From positions 480,001 to 544,000 of the forward strand of contig JAVJNR010000004.1 of assembly GCA_040217195.1 (NCBI GenBank): 64,000 bases of DNA, in the 5' to 3' direction. Positions 17,751 to 26,473 of this stretch are shown one piece after another (the first letter of the stretch is position 1; each line of letters opens with the position of its first letter). The notes beneath the pieces were generated by a model that was given only the letters and a program-made list of their open reading frames with translations, made no database searches and had not been told where the DNA came from. This DNA is from Leptospiraceae bacterium. GTDB lineage: Bacteria > Spirochaetota > Leptospiria > Leptospirales > Leptonemataceae. Made by a program: the position numbers and the translations under genes.

Positions 17751-19777
17751 AGGATCACCTCCAGATACATGGCATCGGCAGGAGAATCGACGGCAAGTTC
17801 GCTCAACCTGGGCACTGGATTTCCCTGCAGTCTGGAAGTTTCGTCCGAATCATTTCCAGAAACAATGTAGAGCGCCTTCAGACCTTTTAGGTCCGGCTTA
17901 AGGTTTCCTGGCTCAACCATGGTTCTTTTTGCCGAACCGTTGGAAGTGACTGGATACAGATTTAGAGTCGCCGACGATTGTATTTCAATCTCCCCTGTAG
18001 TCTTATGGATCAGGACTATGAAATCCAATTCTTTACCAACAAGTGGCTCCATTGATTCCATGTATTGATCCGGCATCTGCTGCAGTAGCCTTCGGCTTAT
18101 GCGGAAAACATCGCTATGGACTCTGGTGGTTTCCAGTTTATCCTCTCTATCTGCAATGACCCAGACGGATAGAAAATGGGAATCTTCAAAAAGGCCATGG
18201 GTATGTTTTCTGGCTTTATCCAGAATATCCACCGCACTCTTATGTTTCATGAAGCTTCGAACCAGGTTTCCCAGTTCATTTCTTCTACGCTTTTCTTCCA
18301 GTCGAAAGTTTTCGCCTGTTAATGATGTCACAGTTTCCTGCAGAGATCGGCTCAGTCTGGTAAGACTTCCGGAAAGATGTGTGAGCTCTGCAGGATTTTC
18401 TACATGGATTTCATTTCCGAATCCGCCAGCTGCAACCTGAAGTGCGGATTGCTTCAATTCATAGATAGGCCTTGTGAGTCGTTCCGTAATAAAGTAGGCG
18501 ATTACCAGACCAGCAACCAGGGCCACCACACCAATGATTACAACCTGCAACAATGCCAGACGAGTGGCACTTTCAATTATATCGATATTAACATCTGCAC
18601 CTGCATAAGCCACTGCATCCCCCTGCTCATTGAGGATTGGCACATAGGAAGATTTCAAGAGTCCCCAGTCTTCCCAGTCTGCAATGGGCGAAAGATAGAT
18701 TTCTCTTTTTAGAATTACATCTCTTATATCGTCCTGAGCTTCATTACTGTCCGCAACGCCCACATTCGAATGGATATCGCTCTGGGTGGAATCCAGGGCA
18801 TAATTGATATGAGTTTCCCGGTCCACAAGGATGGCCGAATAAAGAAAAGTAATCCCTGTATTCTTTCTTACCCGAATCATCGGATCTACCAGGTTTCCAT
18901 AAATGGTCTGAGCCTCCTGGGGCCCAAAACCGATTCCGGTTAATTCCCGAATCGCACCAGATTCCATGTTAATCGTAATCAGAGCTGCAGTGGATACTCC
19001 ATAATAGGTTCTGCTCAGCGGATCATATACAATGGAGAATACACCAAAACGATACGGCTCCCCATTCTTTGTTAACTTAATGGACTTGCTAATCTTGCCA
19101 TCTTCTGGATTCAGAAAAACTATCTGCCGATTGTTTGTGTCTGTAGCCACCAGGCTTTTTCCGTCTGCAGCCACCGATAATCCTGTCAGTGGAGATTCCA
19201 GAGTAACCACTTCTTCCGGTTCGCCTGCCTTTCCGTTCACAATAGGCACCCGAATCAATCGCTCGCCGGCGCAATATAGAGCACCATCGATGTAGCCCAC
19301 TCCAACGCAATAATCATCAATGCCTGCGAAGGTCTCTGTTTTACCTGTTCGCGGATCAATGGAAACGATGGATGCATCTCCGTTTTCATCCTCCGGGCTG
19401 GCTGCGTAAATCATTCCATTTGCAGACGTAATATCGGTTGTATAGTAAGGCTCTGGATCCAGAGGCCTGGTTTGAGTAAATCGTGCAGGAGGATTCAGTA
19501 GAAGCAGATCCGGAGCAACCGCATACCTTGCATACATCTTACCACCATCAATGGTAAGACCTCGAATCTGGGTTAGCTGTACAATCTGATCATGGTCTTC
19601 GCCGCTTACAAAAGAGGCCACAACAGTGCTGGCTGCCAGGAGTTTCTGATCAAACGTTAGAAGAATCTTTCTATAAAGATCGGAATAAACGACTCGCCCG
19701 AGAAAAATAGTAAGAGCGACCAGAGCAACAGTGATCACTACAAAGAAGAAAGACCTTAGTTTGAGTTGCAGCCTCAT
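17747..19777 (-). CDS. Membrane HAMP sensor: Cache-like domain with a beta-propeller insertion and a degenerate cytoplasmic output domain
   Basis: TM, repeated beta-strand blades (GLTIDGGKMYA, DITSANGMIYA, GLSVAADGKSL, SIVYDPLSRTYY), Cache C-part (WGLLKSSYVPIL), TM, HAMP, coiled coil. Confidence 0.7.
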   Translation of the reverse strand: MRLQLKLRSFFFVVITVALVALTIFLGRVVYSDLYRKILLTFDQKLLAASTVVASFVSGEDHDQIVQLTQIRGLTIDGGKMYARYAVAPDLLLLNPPARFTQTRPLDPEPYYTTDITSANGMIYAASPEDENGDASIVSIDPRTGKTETFAGIDDYCVGVGYIDGALYCAGERLIRVPIVNGKAGEPEEVVTLESPLTGLSVAADGKSLVATDTNNRQIVFLNPEDGKISKSIKLTKNGEPYRFGVFSIVYDPLSRTYYGVSTAALITINMESGAIRELTGIGFGPQEAQTIYGNLVDPMIRVRKNTGITFLYSAILVDRETHINYALDSTQSDIHSNVGVADSNEAQDDIRDVILKREIYLSPIADWEDWGLLKSSYVPILNEQGDAVAYAGADVNIDIIESATRLALLQVVIIGVVALVAGLVIAYFITERLTRPIYELKQSALQVAAGGFGNEIHVENPAELTHLSGSLTRLSRSLQETVTSLTGENFRLEEKRRRNELGNLVRSFMKHKSAVDILDKARKHTHGLFEDSHFLSVWVIADREDKLETTRVHSDVFRISRRLLQQMPDQYMESMEPLVGKELDFIVLIHKTTGEIEIQSSATLNLYPVTSNGSAKRTMVEPGNLKPDLKGLKALYIVSGNDSDETSRLQGNPVPRLSELAVDSPADAMYLEVIL

Positions 19778-22700
19778 TTGCTCAGCGCCTCCAGAATTGC
19801 AATGGCAGCTTGAGGATCGCTTTCAAGCATCTCCTCCAGGGAGCTACGAGGAATTTCCAGGTAGGAACCGGACTTCATGGTAACCGTGGCACGACGGGTA
19901 ATTTGATCTTCCGAGCCTCTTGCATTTCCGTTCTCATCCGCACCCGGAACAGAAAGATGCCCGGGACCTGTGCCCAGGGTTTCGAGCATTTCATAGCCGG
20001 TATCTTTGCCGTACCTGGAACCGCTACTGACTTCAAATTTTCCCTGCACTGCCAGAAACAGTGCTTCAGCTGGATCACCTGATTTATATAGAGTTGTATT
20101 GTCTGCCACTCTGTACGTTGCTTCCACGGCCGGGCTACGTAGATTCAATACAGAAAGGCCTCCGAGTACTGGCTCAGATTTTAAAGCCTGCAGGCGCTCC
20201 ACTGGATTCATGGGATGGTCCGGTCCTTCGCTCAACGATAGATAAACACTTCTTGCAATGGGGCCGCTGAATGGCTCCGAGCGATAGATTCTATCCAGGG
20301 ATTTTTCTCCCCGGGACTCATACAGAGCCTGACTGGCCAGAGCTTTCTCCAGGTCGTTCTTACTCTTGAGTGCCTTTTCCAGTATTGCCTGCGCCGAGTC
20401 CCGGGAACCCGAGAAGTTTCTGTAATAGAACTGGATCTTCTCTTCCAGGGGCCGCGAATCCACCAGAGGCAAAATATTTCTAAAGACCGTTCTATGGACA
20501 CTTTGCTCCAGGGTCTCGATGGAGTCCCCGCGCATTCTGGGATTGGCAGATCTTAAAGAAGCAGCGATTTGCTCATAGTCCGGGATTCTGCCAGCCAGCG
20601 CAAGTAGCTCCAGAACAAATTCCAGAGTCACCTGCTGCATATCCTGGTAGTACTGACCCAGCAACTGAATGGAAGGCGAAGTTTCTTCGCTGTGCTGCAA
20701 CAAATAGGCCCGGTCAAGGTAAAGATAGGAAGTCTGAATCTCAGTATTTACGATTTCAGCCACCATGGAATCCAGCTGAGCAAAAGAAAGATGCGAAAGG
20801 GTTCTAGCAGCCAGGGACCTGGATCGATAGGGCAAAGTATCATTGTCCAGAACGGCCACAATGGCCGGTACTGATTTCAGTCCCAGAGACCTGGCAAACA
20901 TCTCCACCCGTCGACGCTGGCGGGGATTGAACTCCTGAGCCATGCGAAACAATGGAAATAGACTCTCTGCATCCTGGATCCTTTCCAGGATTTCAATTCC
21001 TCGAAAGCGATCCTCTTCCGATGCATGCTCCATAGTTCTTAGAATTCGTGGAATTAATCGACTGGAGGCAGGGCCTACAAGCATTCGAATGCTTTCCAGG
21101 GCCCGGCTTCGCATCTCTGCAGAGGGATCATCCAGATAGGCGACCAGAGAATGGGCATAACTTTCTTTATTTGTAAATCCAAAGGCTGAGATGGCACTGG
21201 CCTTTTCTTCTTCGCTACCGTCCAATAATGTGCGAAGCTCATCCAGAGCCATAAAGTTATCTTGCAGATCCCTGCTGTTCCATAGAGCTACCACAGCGGC
21301 TTCTCTATCTCCGGCAGAATCTGAAGCCAGTAGTGGCATGGCCTTTCGGGAAGGAATTAGACCATGACTTCCCAGTTCCCTCAATACCGATACAGGAAAG
21401 GATTGCTGCTCCTGTTCTGCCCATTGAATGACTCTCTGGACTACAAAGCTGTCCTCTTCTTCCAGGATTTCAGCCAGGATTTCGGATCGTTCTGTCTGTC
21501 GCCTGGGATCTTCAGAAAATGAAAGAATCAATGATTCCAGAGCGGCGGCTTTCCTTCTAAGACCCAGAAACCTTATGGAGCTGAAGTGGGCTGCGGAATC
21601 AGGATTAAGAGAATCCAGCTGAAAGCTTTCCAGATCTGCTTCGCTGAACTTCTCTCTAAGTTCCTTGCGTGAAAGGGAGAAATTCAGCCATTCCTTTCGC
21701 AGGTTTTCCATAATGGCCGTGGGATAGCGATTACGAAGCAGGAATGCAACTCCCATATGCAAGAATGCCAGACCCAGACCAATAGCCGCCAGGTTTTCCA
21801 GCGAAAACCAGTCCACGGAACCGGCCATGGTGGAGCCAGCCAGAAGCAGTATAAAACCCGCCACCGCGGTGGCCAGAGGATCCATCAAACCTTCGGTAAA
21901 AGTTCGAATCTCCTTCTTTACTTCGGAAGGAGAGGCATTAAACAGAAAATTCCAGTTATTCGCATCGAAGGATAAATAGAAACCATGATAGGCCAGAAAG
22001 CCAAAAATCGCAGCTTTTTCGCCGCCTTCAAAATAGAAAAACACAAAGGCAATTAGATAGATGGCCGGTTGCACCAGCAGGGCGTTCTTCACCCCAATGA
22101 GCACAATGATTCTATTAAAGAGAAAGAAGTTGATCACTACACTGACCAGGTTCACTACAAGAAAAAGCTGACCAAACTTGGTGGCCAATTGCTGCTCTGT
22201 AGCGTTAGCAGCGAAGATATCCAGATACTGAAACTCGGTAAATGTTGTAAGAATTAGAGTTCCAAACATTACCAGATTGATGAGCAATACGTAGGAAGAT
22301 TTCCCAGCGGTTTTCAGAACTTTGCTATTTTGTTCCAGGAAGCCTTCATTGTTTTGCTCCACATCGTCATCGATCTTTCGCTCCGTCCTTCGCAGATGCA
22401 TGGCTACGAAAATGGACAACACCGCCATCAAAGGCCAGAGCAGAAAAATCCAATGACTTCCAATAACGCCTGAGAAGGCAGTAACCAGACCACCACCCAG
22501 AGCGCTACCAATGGCCAGGCCTCCGCCAAAGATCGGGTACAGTCGTTTCGCATCTAGAATATCAAAGTATCCATCCACCAGGTTCCAGAACAATGTAAAC
22601 AGAGAGACCAGCCAGATGTAAGCGTACAGACGAAGAAGGTACAGTACGATACTGGATTCGCCCAGAGCGGGAAACCATCCACTCAATGCAACGAAGAAGA

Positions 22701-22986
22701 ATAATCCACCGCCAATCAAAATGTACTGAATCAAGTCGAATACTCGATCAATGCCCATACGAGCCGTGGAAAAAGATAAGAACGGAACAAAAAGCACCAT
22801 TACCACCGGCGCAATCACGTATACGATGGGCAGACTGGATGCTCCCAGACGAGAAAGGAAAACCGAATCAGCAATGGAAAGCCCTACTGCCACCCCGGCC
22901 TGCAGCAGAGCAGCCAGCAACGTGAAGAGCAAAAGTCTTCGCCCTTCTCCTGGATATACCTTGAATAGTCGCTGAATAAAGGCCAA
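19774..22986 (-). CDS. NTT (Npt1/TLC)-like MFS transporter fused to HEAT repeats and a cNMP-binding domain
   Basis: About 12 TM N-terminal domain (ADSVFLSRLGASSLP, FWNLVDGYFDILDAKRLYPIFGGG), HEAT repeats (LDDPSAEMRSRALES, LRSANPRMRGDSIETLE), C-terminal cNMP domain (LYKSGDPAEALFLAVQG...RRATV). Confidence 0.85.
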   Translation of the reverse strand: MAFIQRLFKVYPGEGRRLLLFTLLAALLQAGVAVGLSIADSVFLSRLGASSLPIVYVIAPVVMVLFVPFLSFSTARMGIDRVFDLIQYILIGGGLFFFVALSGWFPALGESSIVLYLLRLYAYIWLVSLFTLFWNLVDGYFDILDAKRLYPIFGGGLAIGSALGGGLVTAFSGVIGSHWIFLLWPLMAVLSIFVAMHLRRTERKIDDDVEQNNEGFLEQNSKVLKTAGKSSYVLLINLVMFGTLILTTFTEFQYLDIFAANATEQQLATKFGQLFLVVNLVSVVINFFLFNRIIVLIGVKNALLVQPAIYLIAFVFFYFEGGEKAAIFGFLAYHGFYLSFDANNWNFLFNASPSEVKKEIRTFTEGLMDPLATAVAGFILLLAGSTMAGSVDWFSLENLAAIGLGLAFLHMGVAFLLRNRYPTAIMENLRKEWLNFSLSRKELREKFSEADLESFQLDSLNPDSAAHFSSIRFLGLRRKAAALESLILSFSEDPRRQTERSEILAEILEEEDSFVVQRVIQWAEQEQQSFPVSVLRELGSHGLIPSRKAMPLLASDSAGDREAAVVALWNSRDLQDNFMALDELRTLLDGSEEEKASAISAFGFTNKESYAHSLVAYLDDPSAEMRSRALESIRMLVGPASSRLIPRILRTMEHASEEDRFRGIEILERIQDAESLFPLFRMAQEFNPRQRRRVEMFARSLGLKSVPAIVAVLDNDTLPYRSRSLAARTLSHLSFAQLDSMVAEIVNTEIQTSYLYLDRAYLLQHSEETSPSIQLLGQYYQDMQQVTLEFVLELLALAGRIPDYEQIAASLRSANPRMRGDSIETLEQSVHRTVFRNILPLVDSRPLEEKIQFYYRNFSGSRDSAQAILEKALKSKNDLEKALASQALYESRGEKSLDRIYRSEPFSGPIARSVYLSLSEGPDHPMNPVERLQALKSEPVLGGLSVLNLRSPAVEATYRVADNTTLYKSGDPAEALFLAVQGKFEVSSGSRYGKDTGYEMLETLGTGPGHLSVPGADENGNARGSEDQITRRATVTMKSGSYLEIPRSSLEEMLESDPQAAIAILEALSK

Positions 22987-22989
22987 TAT

Positions 22990-23775
22990 CTACTCCCGGA
23001 GCTCTGCGGCATTAATGCCGCTTTCCTGAATTTTCTGAAGAAGCAGGCGAGCGCTATTTCTTTGCTCTGGAAGGGGGGCTCTTCTTGCAGCAAATGTCAG
23101 ATCTGGTTTTGCACGATCAAACTCACCCAGTTCAATCAGGGCCATACCCCTGTAGAACCGTGCAAGTGCAAACTCAGTATTGGATTCACCCAGACTCTGA
23201 ATAAATGGATTCAGTATGCCCAGAGCTCTATAAAATTGCTTTTTCTGTAGTGCTTGCGCAGCTTCATCCAGTGGATGCTTCCTCGCGTCTGTGGGCTGGT
23301 TCTCCGTCAAGTCCAGGCCTGGCTTCCCATCGGACTGGCTCGGCCTGGTCGGCTGTTCAGTCTGTTGATGGGCCATCTTGTTTTCGCTCAAGACCCGACT
23401 CAATGTATCTTTCAATCGTTGGGGCCCGGGATATCCATCGATGCGGGCAATGATGCTTCCGTCCGGTTGCAGTATCAGTAGAGTTGGATAGCCCCTTGCA
23501 TGGAAATCGCTGGCCACCTGGGGCTGCCGGTCTCCATCTATGCTAACCGTTATAAACTGAGCCAGCAATGACTTGATTTCTGGACGGGGATAATCCTCTT
23601 TCTGCAATCTTTGACAATAACCACACCATTCGGTGACCACCTGAACAAAGACCAGACTGTGATTTTCTCGAGCTGCCTTTAAGCCTTCTGGCAGCGAAGA
23701 TTTCCAGTGAATCTCCTGGGCCTGAAGACTGGCCGCGAAGAAAAATAGAAGGGCTACTACAAATCTAATCCACAT
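22990..23775 (-). CDS. Exported thioredoxin-fold (CxxC) protein with C-terminal TPR
   Basis: Signal peptide, WCGYC, GYPT cis-Pro motif, TPR (ARFYRGMALIELGEFDRA). Stop is 3 nt before the NTT start. Confidence 0.85.
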   Translation of the reverse strand: MWIRFVVALLFFFAASLQAQEIHWKSSLPEGLKAARENHSLVFVQVVTEWCGYCQRLQKEDYPRPEIKSLLAQFITVSIDGDRQPQVASDFHARGYPTLLILQPDGSIIARIDGYPGPQRLKDTLSRVLSENKMAHQQTEQPTRPSQSDGKPGLDLTENQPTDARKHPLDEAAQALQKKQFYRALGILNPFIQSLGESNTEFALARFYRGMALIELGEFDRAKPDLTFAARRAPLPEQRNSARLLLQKIQESGINAAELRE

Positions 23776-23900
23776 CCCTTGCAAATAATCCAAGGAACAA
23801 CAATGGCTTCAACACATTCCCGAATCAATACATCTTTTTTCTGCTGTTAACAGAGGCAGGTCAAATATCATTAAGTGCAGCGCACACATCATTGCTGGTC

Positions 23901-24728
23901 TCAGATTTTTTCAGCTCCGAACAATCCGGAAATCAGCAATGAATAAGACTCATTGATTCTACGGGCTCGTTCCAATCCTTCTGGATTACGGTCAGGATGA
24001 TATCGTAGCATCAGGGATCGAAACTGCTTTTTCAGATCTTCCATTTCCGGAACATAATCCAGCTCCAATTCTTTTAGAGCGTCGCGCAATTCCTGATTCA
24101 AATCCGCCGTTTTGTCTTCTTTGCGATTGGGAAATAGAATCCCGAAACAATGTTTGAACAGTACTTCCCAGTCCAGTTGGCCACCTAGAAAGCAGCGATG
24201 CAAATGGGCGTGCAACAAGGACCGACTGATGGGATAATCTTCGATTTGCAGATACTGTAGATAGAGTTCGATTGCGTAATCAATCAGCTTGTTGCGTTCA
24301 AAGGAAGCATCCATATAGAACATGTACCCATCATCCGGATCCAGGCAGCCCGCCAGAGCAGTGTCCAGAAGATCTGGATCCACAACATGGGATTGAATTC
24401 TGTTCAATACCACGGAAACAAAGAACTCTTGAAATTCGATTAGACGGGGCGTTGAAAAATGCAGACCCGCGGCTTCCAGTCTTTGCAGCACATCCGGAAA
24501 ATGTGGCTCCAGCAAATCCACCAGCTCAAACATGGAGTCCTGATCAAAATCATCCGGTAGATCCGCAAATCCCTGGGTGGGCGAACCAAACCGAGAATTA
24601 TACCGAAAGCGAAGATATTCCTCAAGGCTCATACCCAGCAACTCAAGAACATCCATTACCGGTATCTGAAATTCGGTACCAAGAGATCTGGTGCGAATCT
24701 CTTCTATTATTTCATCAAGTTCGTCCAT
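23901..24728 (-). CDS. Class C J-domain protein (C-terminal J domain)
   Basis: LKKQFRSLMLRYHPDRNPEG...INESY. Start moved to ATG 24728. Confidence 0.85.
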   Translation of the reverse strand: MDELDEIIEEIRTRSLGTEFQIPVMDVLELLGMSLEEYLRFRYNSRFGSPTQGFADLPDDFDQDSMFELVDLLEPHFPDVLQRLEAAGLHFSTPRLIEFQEFFVSVVLNRIQSHVVDPDLLDTALAGCLDPDDGYMFYMDASFERNKLIDYAIELYLQYLQIEDYPISRSLLHAHLHRCFLGGQLDWEVLFKHCFGILFPNRKEDKTADLNQELRDALKELELDYVPEMEDLKKQFRSLMLRYHPDRNPEGLERARRINESYSLLISGLFGAEKI

Positions 24729-24786
24729 ACAATAGCTGCACTTCGCAGCGCCGAAATTGAATAATGAAACCTGCCTGGTTTGTGCT

Positions 24787-26457
24787 CTAAAGTGGCTCTG
24801 CCAGAATTGAGGGTAACGCTCCACCGGTTAACTCTTCCAGACGATCCAGTAATGGCTCCAGATTCCAGCCTTCCTGAGCACTTACATAGACACGATCAGG
24901 TCGATCCTCTTTCTGGTATTCCAGACGCTGCGCCATGGGAAGCCGATCTACTTTATTGTAAACACGAAGCACTGGAATTTCTGTTAGCCCCAGGTCCCCA
25001 AGGATTTCTTCTACGTCGCGAATCTTTTCATCCCTGGCAGGATCGGACACATCAATGCAATGTAGTAGTAGATCCGAGTCAGCCAATTCTTCAAGGGTTG
25101 CCTGAAATGCCTTCCTCAACTCCGGGGGCAGATCATGAATGAAGCCCACTGTATCGGTTAGAATGATCTCTCGCTCTTCTGGAAAGCGCAACCTGCGTGT
25201 AGTTGGGTCCAGAGTAGCAAACAGTCGATTCTCCTGCATCACTTCCGAATTGGTGAGCTTGTTTAACAGAGTAGACTTTCCCGCATTCGTATACCCAACA
25301 ATGGAGCAAACGGGTACCGCTGAATCATCCCTCCTTCTTCGATTCAGAAGACGACGCTTCTTTATAGAAGAAAGCTCTTTATCCAGTCGGCGAATTTTAT
25401 CCTCAACTCGCCTTCGGCCAATCTCGAGCTTGGTTTCACCGGGGCCACGGCCTCCGATTCCACCGGTAAGTCTGGACATGTTATCATCTGTTTCGCTGAG
25501 TCGCCCTTTCAGATAGCGCAGTTGTGCCAGTTCTACCTGCAACTTACCGTCTCTGCTACGAGCATTACGAGCAAATATATCCAGAATCAATTGAGTACGA
25601 TCCAGAATTTTAAGATCTGTGAGCGTAGAAAGTCGAATGGCCTGAGCCGGGCTGAGCTCCATATCAAAAACCAGGGTATCTGCATTTTGCTGTACGCCTG
25701 CAATGGCAATCTCTCGAATCTTTCCGGAACCCAGCACAGTGGAAGGATCCAGAGTGGCTCGATTTTGAACAAAGGTTTGCACCGGATCCACACCGGCCGT
25801 ATGACATAGCTCCTTCAATTCTGCGATGGAATCCTCCGGTGCCCGTCTCTGCCTGGAGGCGCGGGTATAAACACCTACAAGAATAGCTCGGGGCATTCCG
25901 CCAGCACTACGGGTCACTTCCTCAAAGCGTTTGAATTGCTGATCCAGCTCCGCGAACCTTTCTTCCAGGTCTTCCGGTAGCTGCCCCGGACGACAGGGTT
26001 GCTCCATAGAATAGCCGGGCTTATTCCCGGGAGCAATATAAGCGCAATGGAAATTCTCCGGAAGACCGTGTGCATCTATGGTAATGGCGCAGGCAGCATC
26101 CAGACGAAGCAAAGTCAGGTCAGACAAATCCTCTTCTGTTAAAGGTTCCCGCTTCAAATGAGTGTGAATAAGACGGATGCCCCGAAGGCGCTGGGCCCTT
26201 TCTCGGCCCAGGGAAGGAATCCAGATGCGACTATCGTCGCCTACCATAGTATCCAGGACATGCCCCTGGCGATCCACCAGGACTCCTATCTGACGACCCA
26301 GTTCCTGGGAAAGTCCGGTCAGTTGCCTGGCGAATTCCTGACTGACTATGGCTTCTGGTCTCAGTTTCCGTTGACCCAGTTTTTTCAAGCGCGCAAGTTG
26401 CGCCGGTTTCAATCGATTCAGGTTACCTGTGAGACGAGCTATGGCTGCACCCTCCAA
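24787..26457 (-). CDS. hflX: Ribosome-splitting GTPase HflX (long form with N-terminal extension)
   Basis: LDRTQLILDIFA, GGIGGRGPGETKLE, GYTNAGKST, LFATLDPTTR, DTVGF, NKVD. Confidence 0.95.
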   Translation of the reverse strand: MEGAAIARLTGNLNRLKPAQLARLKKLGQRKLRPEAIVSQEFARQLTGLSQELGRQIGVLVDRQGHVLDTMVGDDSRIWIPSLGRERAQRLRGIRLIHTHLKREPLTEEDLSDLTLLRLDAACAITIDAHGLPENFHCAYIAPGNKPGYSMEQPCRPGQLPEDLEERFAELDQQFKRFEEVTRSAGGMPRAILVGVYTRASRQRRAPEDSIAELKELCHTAGVDPVQTFVQNRATLDPSTVLGSGKIREIAIAGVQQNADTLVFDMELSPAQAIRLSTLTDLKILDRTQLILDIFARNARSRDGKLQVELAQLRYLKGRLSETDDNMSRLTGGIGGRGPGETKLEIGRRRVEDKIRRLDKELSSIKKRRLLNRRRRDDSAVPVCSIVGYTNAGKSTLLNKLTNSEVMQENRLFATLDPTTRRLRFPEEREIILTDTVGFIHDLPPELRKAFQATLEELADSDLLLHCIDVSDPARDEKIRDVEEILGDLGLTEIPVLRVYNKVDRLPMAQRLEYQKEDRPDRVYVSAQEGWNLEPLLDRLEELTGGALPSILAEPL

Positions 26458-26473
26458 TCCTTAGACATGAGCT

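Noticed and set aside
14081..22986. Pycsar/CBASS-type anti-phage system (cyclase plus cNMP effector)
   Set aside because: The cyclase is a receptor-type Cache-HAMP enzyme with ATP-specifying residues, not a PycC-like protein, and there is no defence-island context.
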